Shown here: piece after piece, positions 35,943 through 44,941 of the stretch
How positions within the stretch are numbered: position 1 is the stretch's first letter
Layout of the letters: every line of letters starts with the position of its first letter
Assembly (NCBI GenBank): GCA_017476425.1
Contig: JAFUZV010000115.1
Coordinates: 17,349-81,348 of the forward strand
Length of the DNA stretch: 64,000 bases
DNA from: Selenomonadaceae bacterium
Lineage (GTDB): Bacteria > Bacillota > Negativicutes > Selenomonadales > Selenomonadaceae
Reading direction: 5' to 3'
Notes under the pieces: model-generated
Told to the model about the DNA's origin: nothing
What the model saw: only the letters and a program-made list of their open reading frames with translations
Databases searched by the model: none
Program-made: the position numbers and the translations under genes

Positions 35943-36375
35943 ATCCTAATAATTGATTTTCACCTAACTGTTCAAGCATTGAATTTATATCTTCGACGGA
36001 TAAATCTTTTTCGATCGATAAAATTATAACTGCGTCCCAAGTATTACGTGGATATAGTAAGGCTTGCCCGGCGTATCGTAATAAATATTGCGTTTCATCA
36101 AGATCAAGTTTCATTGCACGAGCGATCGCCAAAAGTTTTGTCCGTGAAGGTTTTTTATTTCCGTTAAATATGTGATAGGCATAAGTCCTTTCAATTTTTG
36201 AATCTCTAACAACTTCAGCTTTTGATAAATTTTTCGACTCTAACAATTTTGATAAATATTCAGAAAGTGAAATTGTAAATTCTTCACGATTAGACGATAG
36301 AAATTTTTCAATGTCGTCGTCAGTTTTGAGTTCTGAAAATAATTTATCAGTGTCCTTATCGTGCAATTTTTTCAT
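35941..36375 (-). CDS. XRE-family helix-turn-helix protein
   Basis: 144-aa ORF with GGAGGCAAC SD. HTH-like core LSKAEVVRDSKIERTYAYHIFNGNKKPSRTKLLAIARAM. Confidence 0.65.
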   Translation of the reverse strand: MKKLHDKDTDKLFSELKTDDDIEKFLSSNREEFTISLSEYLSKLLESKNLSKAEVVRDSKIERTYAYHIFNGNKKPSRTKLLAIARAMKLDLDETQYLLRYAGQALLYPRNTWDAVIILSIEKDLSVEDINSMLEQLGENQLLG

Positions 36376-36424
36376 AGTTGCCTCCGAAAAAATTTTTGAT
36401 AAAATTGCTTTTGAGGTGATCGAA

Positions 36425-37432
36425 ATGGATTTATTGAAAGATTTTTATGAAGTGATTGACGTTTTGAAAGATGATCAAAATGGAAAAGTTTCAGTTGTCT
36501 ATGATAAAGTTGGTCAACAAGTCTGCGTTGCTAAACGTCGTGATCTTAAATCTGCTGAAATGTATTATAATCTGCAAAAACTCAAAAATAAATACGTTCC
36601 GAAAATTTATCGACTGATTGAAATTAACGAAACGCTTTTAGTTATCGAAGAATACATTGCAGGTCGTACGCTTGCAGAAATTTTGAAGTACGAAAATCAT
36701 TTTGACGAATCAACAGCGGCTGATATTCTTTTGCAAATTTGCAACGCTTTGAAAATCTTGCACGAAAAAAATATTATTCATAGGGACATTAAGCCGTCAA
36801 ATATTATGTTGACGAATGACGGCGAAATTAAATTGATCGACTTCAGCATTGCAAGCATTTTGAAGATTGACAATAAAAATGATACTGAAAATTTAGGCAC
36901 TCGTGGATATGCTCCGCCGGAACAATACGGCTTTGCTCCGACTGATGCTCGCAGTGATATTTATTCTCTTGGTATGACACTTCAAAGACTTTTAGGTAAA
37001 AATTATCGTGGTTACCTTCAAAAGATCATTAAGCGTTGCACGAAATTAGATCCAATGCAACGATATTTAGATATTGATTCTTTGATCGATGATCTTGAAC
37101 ATAGACGCTGGCGGAAAAAACTTTCTCAACTCAAAAATCAACCTGCGAATAATCTTCAATCAACGATCGACGATCAAGACGTTTATGATAAACTTTCGGA
37201 ACTTATCAAGTTGACTGAAGAGATCGACGCACTCGAAGAAGATTATAACGCCGTCAAAAGTGATGATAAAATTCAAGCGCAATGTATAATGAAAGGTGCT
37301 GAACGGCTTGCAAAGGAATTTGAAAATATCGCTGATTCATTAAACGACGCTGATTTTGAAGAGATGGCGAAAGCAATTATTGAATACCCTGTTGAAAATC
37401 TTTTTGATGATCACGACGACAAAAATAAATGA
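36425..37432 (+). CDS. Hanks-type Ser/Thr protein kinase, soluble, with acidic coiled-coil tail
   Basis: ATG at 36425 after GAGGTG. Catalytic loop HRDIKPSNIML, DFS (DFG-like) and GTRGYAPPE. No TM or PASTA segment visible. Confidence 0.85.
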   Translation: MDLLKDFYEVIDVLKDDQNGKVSVVYDKVGQQVCVAKRRDLKSAEMYYNLQKLKNKYVPKIYRLIEINETLLVIEEYIAGRTLAEILKYENHFDESTAADILLQICNALKILHEKNIIHRDIKPSNIMLTNDGEIKLIDFSIASILKIDNKNDTENLGTRGYAPPEQYGFAPTDARSDIYSLGMTLQRLLGKNYRGYLQKIIKRCTKLDPMQRYLDIDSLIDDLEHRRWRKKLSQLKNQPANNLQSTIDDQDVYDKLSELIKLTEEIDALEEDYNAVKSDDKIQAQCIMKGAERLAKEFENIADSLNDADFEEMAKAIIEYPVENLFDDHDDKNK

Positions 37433-37501
37433 AAATTTTTTTGCGATTGTGTCCTACGAAGACACCACAAATAAAAATTTTTTTGATATTATAATTTCTG
37501 A

Positions 37502-37696
37502 TCATTGAGAGTCGTTTATTTGTTCTTTACGTTCGTTGGAAACTTTTAATTGATCAAGTGCATACTCACAACATTGAGCCACTAAGTTATTCATTGAAAC
37601 GCCTTGTTCCTGAGCTACGGTTGCAAGGCGTTTAACTAAATCAGTAGGCAAGCGAAAAGTTTTGTTGACCATTTCAATTTTCTTTACAGTGAACAT
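37502..37696 (-). CDS. Ribbon-helix-helix (Arc/CopG-like) DNA-binding protein
   Basis: 64-aa ORF with GAGGAGGAG SD. KTFRLPTDLVKRLATVAQEQGVSMNNLVAQCCEYAL fits a beta-strand plus two-helix RHH layout. Confidence 0.55.
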   Translation of the reverse strand: MFTVKKIEMVNKTFRLPTDLVKRLATVAQEQGVSMNNLVAQCCEYALDQLKVSNERKEQINDSQ

Positions 37697-37775
37697 TATA
37701 AAAATCTCCTCCTCAAATCATATTTTAGAAAAGATTTTTAATTCATTATATACCATAAATTTTGAATATAAATTT

Positions 37776-37792
37776 AAGTGCAAATAGCACTT
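37776..37792. promoter_or_regulatory. Perfect inverted repeat AAGTGC-N5-GCACTT overlapping the -35 box (candidate operator)
   Basis: Read directly at 37776-37792. It overlaps the first two bases of TTGACA at 37791 and lies between the divergent RHH gene and the membrane-protein operon. Confidence 0.4.
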
Positions 37793-37819
37793 GACATTAA
37801 AAAAAAAAAACGCTATTAT
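37791..37819 (+). promoter_or_regulatory. Promoter candidate with an A12 tract in the 17-nt spacer
   Basis: TTGACA (37791-37796), spacer containing A12 (37799-37810), TATTAT (37814-37819). Confidence 0.45.
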
Positions 37820-37901
37820 AAAAATATATTTTATTTACACTTAACTTGACTTGACTGTATTTGATTTTATTTTTTTAAAGTGTCGTAAGGTGGTGGATTT
37901 T

Positions 37902-38744
37902 ATGGATCAATTTTCTAAAAATCGTTATATCAAAGCTGGAGTTGATACAGTAAATAAAGAGTTTAATAATCAAGTGGCTGAAAACTTTGATGCAGTAATT
38001 GATGGGCGAAAAAAATTTAGTCAAGCGGCTGGTGATATAGTTGTCAATACTGCAACTAATTCAATCGTAACTTATGGTAAAGAACACGGTGAAGAAATTG
38101 CTGAGAAGGCTTTTAAAAGTCTTGCAAAGGAAGTTGAAAAACGAGTCGGCAAAAATATTTTGAGTAACACTTTAAAGTCAAATTCTGTTATTACTACAGC
38201 AGGAGCAATTTATGATGTTTACGATTCATTTGATAAGTTAATGAAAGGAGAAATTACAGGCACTGAATTTTTAAACAAATTTGTCGATAAAGGCTTAGAC
38301 ATTGTAATTCAAAATGCAGCTACTATGGCAGGAACTGCTATTGGTGCATTTGTAGGCGGTCCGGTCGGAGCAGTTGTCGGTAACATTGCAGGTGCGATCA
38401 TTAATTACTTTGCAAGTGGTTTCTTGAATGGCGTAGTTAATCGAATACGTTATTTTCGTATGGAGGCTAAAGCTGCACGTCAACGTTATGAATTTATACA
38501 CGCTTTCTGTGAACATTCAATCGCAATGATGAAAGCACAACGTGAAGAATTTGAACGTGACGTTGCACAATTTTTAAGTAATCGTCAGCAAGTTATCGAC
38601 AGAAGTCTTAACAATTATGAAACGGCACTTAAAAATAATGATTTTGATTCGATGAATGATGCACTCAACGATATAGCAGAAGAATTTGGCGGAGAACTTA
38701 CATTTAAAACGTTTGATGAATTTGACAGATTTATGAGGAGTTGA
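37902..38744 (+). CDS. Hypothetical protein with central glycine-zipper membrane segment and helical C-terminal domain
   Basis: ATG at 37902 after AAGGTGGTGG. GTAIGAFVGGPVGAVVGNIAGAIINYFASGF is a GxxxG-rich hydrophobic stretch. The C-terminus is charged and helical. No family recognised. Confidence 0.4.
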   Translation: MDQFSKNRYIKAGVDTVNKEFNNQVAENFDAVIDGRKKFSQAAGDIVVNTATNSIVTYGKEHGEEIAEKAFKSLAKEVEKRVGKNILSNTLKSNSVITTAGAIYDVYDSFDKLMKGEITGTEFLNKFVDKGLDIVIQNAATMAGTAIGAFVGGPVGAVVGNIAGAIINYFASGFLNGVVNRIRYFRMEAKAARQRYEFIHAFCEHSIAMMKAQREEFERDVAQFLSNRQQVIDRSLNNYETALKNNDFDSMNDALNDIAEEFGGELTFKTFDEFDRFMRS

Positions 38745-38748
38745 TTTT

Positions 38749-39540
38749 ATGCCGTTACCTTTTATTTTAGGCGCAGCAGCAGTTTTCGGAGCAGTAAAAA
38801 CTATTGATTCGTTGGATACAATGGACAGAGCAAAATCAATTAACAGAGAAGCTCAAGAAATTGCTGACAATGCAAAAAGTAATTACGAAGCCGCTAAAAG
38901 AGATTGTCAAAACACTCTTGAATGTTTGGGAAAAAACAAAGTTTACATTAAACAGACAAGTATTAAATATTTTACTCATCATTTTTTGCAGATTCATAAT
39001 TTACCGTTTGAATATAATGTTAAAATAAATGAATTAAGAGAAGAAGCCATTAGTGACGATAAGTTGATGAGAAACGTTGAAGACTTTGAATTTTTGGATT
39101 TTGCAGCGATTGGAGTAGCCGGTTATGCACTTGGAGCATTAAATCCAATTACTATTGCATTTAGTGGTTTAATTTTGAGGGATAAAGCAGATACGGCACT
39201 TTCTAATGCAAAATCAAATCGTGATAAGGCTCGTATGTATGAAGAACAATGTAGAAGTGCTTGTTCCTTTCTCAATGCAGTTTCGGCTCGTGGTTATCAA
39301 ATTAATGAGATTCTTGATGAATTGAATGAAAAATTTATACCAACGGTTACAGATGTAAAAGATATTATTTCAACTTACGGCACTGATTTCAGACAGTATA
39401 GTTACAATGTACAAAGAAGAGTGATGAATGCATTTAGTGTATCAGATGTTATAAGACAAATTTTAAATACTCCAATGTTGACTGAGAATGGAAAAAATAT
39501 TAATCCTCAAATCGTTGGCTTGATTGAAAAGCACGGTTAA
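38749..39540 (+). CDS. Hypothetical protein with N-terminal and central hydrophobic segments and coiled-coil-like regions
   Basis: 263-aa ORF starting 4 nt after the previous stop. Hydrophobic segments are MPLPFILGAAAVFGAV and FAAIGVAGYALGALNPITIAFSGLIL. No family recognised. Confidence 0.4.
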   Translation: MPLPFILGAAAVFGAVKTIDSLDTMDRAKSINREAQEIADNAKSNYEAAKRDCQNTLECLGKNKVYIKQTSIKYFTHHFLQIHNLPFEYNVKINELREEAISDDKLMRNVEDFEFLDFAAIGVAGYALGALNPITIAFSGLILRDKADTALSNAKSNRDKARMYEEQCRSACSFLNAVSARGYQINEILDELNEKFIPTVTDVKDIISTYGTDFRQYSYNVQRRVMNAFSVSDVIRQILNTPMLTENGKNINPQIVGLIEKHG

Positions 39541-39809
39541 TGAGTAAGTTTGAGTGCGATAAATGTGGTTTATGTTGTCAACAATTATCGAAGTCTGAAT
39601 TATATTCTTCATTAGATCGTGGCGATGGAGTTTGCAGACATTTCGATGAAACAACTAAACTTTGCAAAATTTATGCTAACCGTCCGATCATTTGTAATGT
39701 GGATGAAATTTATGATCGATTTTTGAATAAAAAGATCAGTCGAAAAGCATTTCACGATTTAAATTACGCCGTTTGTCGGCAATTAAAAAAAGTAGGCAAC
39801 TCATTTTAG
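39540..39809 (+). CDS. YkgJ-type CxxCxxCC cysteine-cluster (putative Zn/Fe-binding) protein
   Basis: 89-aa ORF. Its ATG overlaps the previous TAA by 1 nt (TAATG). FECDKCGLCCQ plus downstream Cys residues match the UPF0153/YkgJ pattern. Confidence 0.65.
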   Translation: MSKFECDKCGLCCQQLSKSELYSSLDRGDGVCRHFDETTKLCKIYANRPIICNVDEIYDRFLNKKISRKAFHDLNYAVCRQLKKVGNSF

Positions 39810-39826
39810 AATTGTCTACTTTTTTT
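39791..39826. terminator. Bidirectional terminator between the ykgJ-like gene and the SCIFF gene
   Basis: AGTAGGCAA (39791-39799) pairs with TTGTCTACT (39812-39820) with one G:U. T6 follows on the plus strand and A7 precedes, giving a T-run on the minus strand. Confidence 0.7.
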
Positions 39827-39847
39827 GTTGCGATCATTTCAAAGAAA

Positions 39848-39994
39848 TTATTTCTTTTGACGCTCGCAGACTTGATTTCCAACTGTGCAACTAGTCTTAC
39901 AAGCTGATTGACAAGATGCTTGACATTCGCCACAGCCGCCTTGTTTGATCGATTCTTGCAACGTTGGTTTGTTTACGGTTTTAATGTGCTTCAT
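39848..39994 (-). CDS. SCIFF (six-cysteines-in-forty-five) ranthipeptide precursor; absent from the ORF track
   Basis: Hand translation of the minus strand gives MKHIKTVNKPTLQESIKQGGCGECQASCQSACKTSCTVGNQVCERQKK (48 aa, 6 Cys). GAGGTG SD lies 6 nt upstream. It matches the remembered SCIFF consensus GGCGECQ.SCQSACKTSCTV.NQ.CE. Confidence 0.85.
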   Translation of the reverse strand: MKHIKTVNKPTLQESIKQGGCGECQASCQSACKTSCTVGNQVCERQKK

Positions 39995-40042
39995 AAAAAT
40001 CACCTCTGAAAATTTTTCTGATTGAATACGCAGACACTAAAA

Positions 40043-41254
40043 TTATTTATCAATCGGCAATTTGATCAGCTCACCAAAATAATCATTCATACTTTCAGGA
40101 TGCCACGTATATAAACCATTAAACGGCGTGAAAGTAAATTCACCGAATTTGATCGTGCCGTCATTCAATCGATATAAATCAATTCTAACATATGCAAAGC
40201 CTTTTGACAACTGTTCGGAAAGATCAATCATCTCATCTAAATTATCCGGCTTATCGACTTTTAAATCACTGCTTGGATAATCACTGCTTGAAAAGTCCAT
40301 TTTTTTCCAATTTCGATCGTAATTATTTTTACAAAGACCTTTGCCACGATTCGACAAAAACATTATACTTTCAACTTTGCCGCCGAAACACCAAAATTTA
40401 TAATCCCAAAGATCACCAGGCAAATTTTCAATGTACTCTTCAGCAATAATTTTCGGCTTTATGTCAAGATATTGCAACTGCAAACCGTTATAAGCATAAT
40501 TGATTTTCAACCAACGATCAAAGTTTGCCTTAGCCTTTGCAATGTCTAACTTTGATTTATCCTTGACGATAACATTCATTGCACTGCCGTGATTGCATTT
40601 CAGAACGAAACGATCCGGCAGTTCATCAAAATTAATTTCGTCGAAATTATCCCATACACCTAACAACGGAATTAAATATTTTTCACCGATCTTTTCTTTG
40701 ATATAATCCCGAACTAAATATTTATCAGTCAACAAAGTTTTCAAAGGATCACGATCATATAATTTCAACCACTGAAGTTTATCGTTGAACTTTTTGGGAT
40801 TTTCAAGATCAACATCTTCGCCGGTTCTCATCTTGTACCAATAACTTAGCATCAATGGATATTCTTCAGGCGTTATGTCTTTGAAAAAATAACCGTCATC
40901 AAAAAAATCGATCTCAAAAAAATTTTTTATATTAAGTGATCGGCACTTTTCGATCATTTCAATACGCAAAGTCGATCTAGCAGCAATCAAAACAACATCA
41001 TTATCAGATATATTTACTTCGTCAATAAGTTTTACATCTCTATCAGATATTTTATTAAACTTTCTTGTCAACTTTGAAACGATAAACGAATCAAACTTTT
41101 TACCTAAGTCATTATCATTGAGATAGGTCAATGTAAATTTGCCGTAATTTCCGGCACCATAAATATAAATTTTTTCGTAATTCTTCAGACATTTGGGCAG
41201 AGTGTAAAATATTGAAGATTGAAATTTGTTCTCGGAGACATTCATAAAATTCAC
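40043..41254 (-). CDS. TupA-like ATP-grasp protein with N-terminal Rossmann-like domain
   Basis: 403-aa ORF. FNDKLQWLKLYDRDPLKTLLTDKYLVRDYIKEKIG and FVLKCNHGS match the TupA-like ATP-grasp family as recalled. Confidence 0.65.
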   Translation of the reverse strand: MNFMNVSENKFQSSIFYTLPKCLKNYEKIYIYGAGNYGKFTLTYLNDNDLGKKFDSFIVSKLTRKFNKISDRDVKLIDEVNISDNDVVLIAARSTLRIEMIEKCRSLNIKNFFEIDFFDDGYFFKDITPEEYPLMLSYWYKMRTGEDVDLENPKKFNDKLQWLKLYDRDPLKTLLTDKYLVRDYIKEKIGEKYLIPLLGVWDNFDEINFDELPDRFVLKCNHGSAMNVIVKDKSKLDIAKAKANFDRWLKINYAYNGLQLQYLDIKPKIIAEEYIENLPGDLWDYKFWCFGGKVESIMFLSNRGKGLCKNNYDRNWKKMDFSSSDYPSSDLKVDKPDNLDEMIDLSEQLSKGFAYVRIDLYRLNDGTIKFGEFTFTPFNGLYTWHPESMNDYFGELIKLPIDK

Positions 41255-41394
41255 CTCACTAAAAAATATTAATTCTTCAAAAACTTTATCGATCGAAATC
41301 TATTTAATTATAAATTTTTTTCAACACGTTAAAAATTTTTCTTAACAAAAACAGTTAAATATAAAATATTTTTAAAGATCAATAAGATTGTAAA

Positions 41395-41423
41395 TTGAAT
41401 TTGAAGAAAAAATAAAGTATAAT
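41395..41423 (+). promoter_or_regulatory. Sigma-70-type promoter candidate for the rubrerythrin-like gene
   Basis: TTGAAT (41395-41400), 17-nt spacer, TATAAT (41418-41423). Confidence 0.5.
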
Positions 41424-41457
41424 ATTAACGTCAATAATTTGATAGGAGAGATTTTTA

Positions 41458-42003
41458 ATGAGCATTCAAGGATTAACGAAAGACACAGAACTTGAGTCAA
41501 TGATCAAAAATGTTATGATGGCTGAAGCGAATGGCACAATGATGTATTATGCGCTTGCACGTCTTGCAACTGAGCAAGGTATGGGCGATGTAGCAAAAAC
41601 ACTTATCGAATCAGCGAATCAAGAGGCAGTGCACGCAGGATTTTATGCAACGCTTAACGGAAAATATCCTAAAGACTTTTGGCAACTTCTTGAAACCGTC
41701 AAAAAAGCTGAAATTGCCGGTGAAGCACAAGTTAAAGCGATGGCTGATAAAGTTCGTGCTGCGGGATTTAATGAAGCGGCTGATGAAATGGAAATTTTCG
41801 CTAAACAAGAAGGACATCACGGCGTTGTAATTGATGAGATTTTCAAAAAGTATAAGCCGAAAAAGCTCGACACTGCCGGACAAAAAATTTATGTTTGTCC
41901 TATCTGCGGCTATGAATTTGTTGGCGATCTTGATTCTGAGCCGAACGATTGGACTTGTCCGCTTTGTGGTCAACCTAAGTCCGTTTTTAAAATTAAAGAA
42001 TGA
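41458..42003 (+). CDS. Rubrerythrin-family protein (ferritin-like diiron domain + C-terminal rubredoxin-like Cys4)
   Basis: 181-aa ORF. ExxH pairs (NQEAVHAG; KQEGHHG) and CPICGYEF...CPLCGQPK. Confidence 0.75.
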   Translation: MSIQGLTKDTELESMIKNVMMAEANGTMMYYALARLATEQGMGDVAKTLIESANQEAVHAGFYATLNGKYPKDFWQLLETVKKAEIAGEAQVKAMADKVRAAGFNEAADEMEIFAKQEGHHGVVIDEIFKKYKPKKLDTAGQKIYVCPICGYEFVGDLDSEPNDWTCPLCGQPKSVFKIKE

Positions 42004-42566
42004 TTCAGAGGCAAAGTGTTAAGTCACTGCTTTCAGCCTCATTAAAGGAATTAGCTAAAAATAAACCTGTAGATAAAATTACAATTCGAGAAATAACTCA
42101 AAATTGTGGAATAACGTCACCGACTTTCTATAATTATTTTCACGATAAATATGAGTTAATGGCGTGGATTTATAACGAAAAAGTTGAAGAAGCAATGAAA
42201 AATTTAGGCGATAAAATATCATTTGAAGATGTCGTCTATAAATGGATAGAACCTCTTTTGGAAGATGAAGAATTTTATCTAAACTTGTTGAAAAATGCTG
42301 TAGGGCAGAATGCCTTTCGTTATACCACTAATGATCACGCAATATGTCTAGTTTCAGAATGGATAAAAAAACGCCATAATATTTCCGAATTGCCGAAAGA
42401 AATTCAATTTTATTTGAGGTTTTATATGAGGGCACTTTCAGAAACGATTAATGATTGGTTTATAGGAAAATGTTCATATTCAACGCGAGAATTAGCCAGA
42501 TTATTAATTGAAGCTATGCCAAATAAATTAAAACCGCTACTTTTAGTTGATTTTACAATTAAATGA
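42000..42566 (+). CDS. TetR/AcrR family transcriptional regulator
   Basis: 188-aa ORF. Its ATG overlaps the upstream TGA (ATGA). HTH segment [24 protein letters not shown]. Confidence 0.75.
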   Translation: MIQRQSVKSLLSASLKELAKNKPVDKITIREITQNCGITSPTFYNYFHDKYELMAWIYNEKVEEAMKNLGDKISFEDVVYKWIEPLLEDEEFYLNLLKNAVGQNAFRYTTNDHAICLVSEWIKKRHNISELPKEIQFYLRFYMRALSETINDWFIGKCSYSTRELARLLIEAMPNKLKPLLLVDFTIK

Positions 42567-42686
42567 TTTTGAAAAATTTTTTTATAAAAATTTCGTTTTG
42601 TAAATTGAAATAATTTGACATTTATAATATTCTAATGACATAAAAATTTGTTGTTAGAATATTATTTTTGATTGGAGGACAATTTT

Positions 42687-43478
42687 ATGTCGATGGTAAA
42701 AGATTATTTGAATAATCCATTTAAGCACGGTATTGAATCTGGTATTTTGCAATATGGCGTTGCACAGGAAACGACATCAGCAGACGTTGCAGAAGTTTTA
42801 GCGACTTCAAAATATGATTGGCTCTTTGTCGACGGTGAACACGGTCCACATACAGTGCAAACGATTTTGGAAATTGCAAGAGCTATTGCGCCGTATGATA
42901 TGACACCGGTTGTTAGAGTTCCTGAAGCCGGCACTGGAATTTTTAAACAACTTCTTGACAGCGGCATTCAAAATATTATCATTCCGAAAGTTGAAACCGG
43001 TGAAGAAGTCGAAAAAATTATGTACTGGGCAAGCTATGCACCTCGTGGCAATCGTGGTTTTGGAGCTACAGCAGTTCGTGCAGGTCGTTTTGGTCGTCAC
43101 GGTGATTATCTTGATCGTGAACTTGATGAGATTTGCATTTTGCCGCAAATTGAAAGTAAACGCGGCTATGCAAATCTTGACGAAATTGCAAAAGTTCCTG
43201 GAATCGGTGGTATCTTCTTAGATCCGATTGACTTAGCAGTTGATATGGGACACGGAATTGATATTTTTCATCCTGAAGTTGCAGAGGCTATGGACGATAT
43301 GATCAAACGAATTAAGGCACTCGGAAAACCTGTCGGAACAATCGCAGTTACACCTGAACAAGCGAAACATTTTGCCGATTTAGGTGCAAGTTTCTTAGCT
43401 CTCGGTGCTGATACTGCATTCTTAGTCAACGCTGCCGATAACACTCTTGATACTTTCAAGAAAGCTATTGAAAGTTAA
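42687..43478 (+). CDS. HpcH/HpaI family aldolase
   Basis: ATG at 42687 after [21 protein letters not shown] and the PQIESK motifs are typical of class II HpcH/HpaI aldolases. Confidence 0.8.
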   Translation: MSMVKDYLNNPFKHGIESGILQYGVAQETTSADVAEVLATSKYDWLFVDGEHGPHTVQTILEIARAIAPYDMTPVVRVPEAGTGIFKQLLDSGIQNIIIPKVETGEEVEKIMYWASYAPRGNRGFGATAVRAGRFGRHGDYLDRELDEICILPQIESKRGYANLDEIAKVPGIGGIFLDPIDLAVDMGHGIDIFHPEVAEAMDDMIKRIKALGKPVGTIAVTPEQAKHFADLGASFLALGADTAFLVNAADNTLDTFKKAIES

Positions 43479-43623
43479 TTTAATGATTCTAAAAATAAGA
43501 AAATTTCAGAAGGTCACACGTTGAATTATACAATGCTACTTGGAGTGTAAAATTTGAAATACAAAAGAAAAGTTCAGCGTGAAAAATCTAATGAGAAATA
43601 ATTTAAAAATGAATAGTGATCGC

Positions 43624-44871
43624 TTAAATCGCAAAATCAATCAATGAAGTCATCACTTCTAATGGATATTCTTCAAAATTGATTATATAATCCAAAATAA
43701 TCTGTTGAAATTTCGTTGCGTGATCAACTCGCTTTGAAAATCTTTCAACAAATTCAAGAAGATCATCAATAGAAAAATCTTCTTTTATCACAGCAGTCAT
43801 TGAGATTAAACCGAACTCAAAAAATTTAAAAAGCGTCAAAAATAATAAATAATTTCTCATCAACGAGCCGGACATATGACAAGGAAAAATTCCGCCAAAA
43901 AAACTATGAACTAAATAATTTTCAAGCACGTGATTAAATGGATCAAGTGCTATTTTTTTATAAATTTTTATATTGTTATCGTAAAGTCTGAAAAGTTCCG
44001 GCAATGGTTTATTTGTCTCGTCGATAAATTCAAACGCTTCTGCAACATATTTCGTGAAATTTCTCTGCTCTGTTGAGAAGTAAACAACGGCTTTTGAAAA
44101 AATTTTTTCGGCAAGTTCAAACATTATACTTAAATAATTTTCTCGTTGAAATTTTAGCGATCTGACCTTTGCCGTCAAATTTTTAAAATAATCTTCTGAT
44201 CGATAAATGCCAAAAATCAAATTTAAATGTTCACCTTTACCGTTAATAATCAAGCCGTCGATCTCTGAAAAAATTATCCCAAGTGCTGTTAATCGTTCAT
44301 TTAATGTCATTCGTCGATCTTGAAGTACTTCAAAGGCGATCTGCTGAAGGATCACTAAATATTTTCTCGTTGGTACTTCATTGACACTGCGATAAAAGAA
44401 ACTTGCTGCGTGCGTCGTCTTGAATGTCATTTTTTCAAATTTCATTGGCGATTTTTTCATTAGTGCAAGTCTAGCGGCGATCGGACAAGTTAAACTCAAA
44501 CTGCGTTCAATAACTTTATCAACTACATAAGTCCGGCGTGGAAAATCAGCGCAAGTATCAGATAAAAATTCTTCACCAAAATTTTTTTGAATCGTACAAA
44601 GCAAATCATCTCTTAACATCGGACAAATTGCATTTTCAAGCCGCATTCTATACGTCTTTGTTGATTTATTCCACTCTAAACTGTCAAGAATTTTTCGACG
44701 CAAATTTTGATCGCTAATTGATTTATATTTTTGATGAGTTTGTCGATCAATATCAACTTGAAAACCTTTGCAACAAGCTGCACCGCAATATTGCCAATCA
44801 CATTTAAAAAATTTCAAATAATCCGGCACTATGCAGGTAAATTCTTTCTCAATCTCTATCATATCTATCAC
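43624..44871 (-). CDS. fliB: FliB-like flagellin lysine-N-methylase family protein
   Basis: 415-aa ORF. The N-terminal FKCDWQYCGAACCKGFQVDIDRQTHQKYK matches the FliB Cys-cluster signature (C..C..CC.G..I..D..T...Y) as recalled. Last gene of the long minus-strand operon. Confidence 0.55.
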   Translation of the reverse strand: MIDMIEIEKEFTCIVPDYLKFFKCDWQYCGAACCKGFQVDIDRQTHQKYKSISDQNLRRKILDSLEWNKSTKTYRMRLENAICPMLRDDLLCTIQKNFGEEFLSDTCADFPRRTYVVDKVIERSLSLTCPIAARLALMKKSPMKFEKMTFKTTHAASFFYRSVNEVPTRKYLVILQQIAFEVLQDRRMTLNERLTALGIIFSEIDGLIINGKGEHLNLIFGIYRSEDYFKNLTAKVRSLKFQRENYLSIMFELAEKIFSKAVVYFSTEQRNFTKYVAEAFEFIDETNKPLPELFRLYDNNIKIYKKIALDPFNHVLENYLVHSFFGGIFPCHMSGSLMRNYLLFLTLFKFFEFGLISMTAVIKEDFSIDDLLEFVERFSKRVDHATKFQQIILDYIINFEEYPLEVMTSLIDFAI

Positions 44872-44941
44872 TCCAAAAAAAAAATTTTACCGCAAAATCG
44901 TTTAAATTGCGATAAAAATTTTTATTTAATTCAAATTTTAT

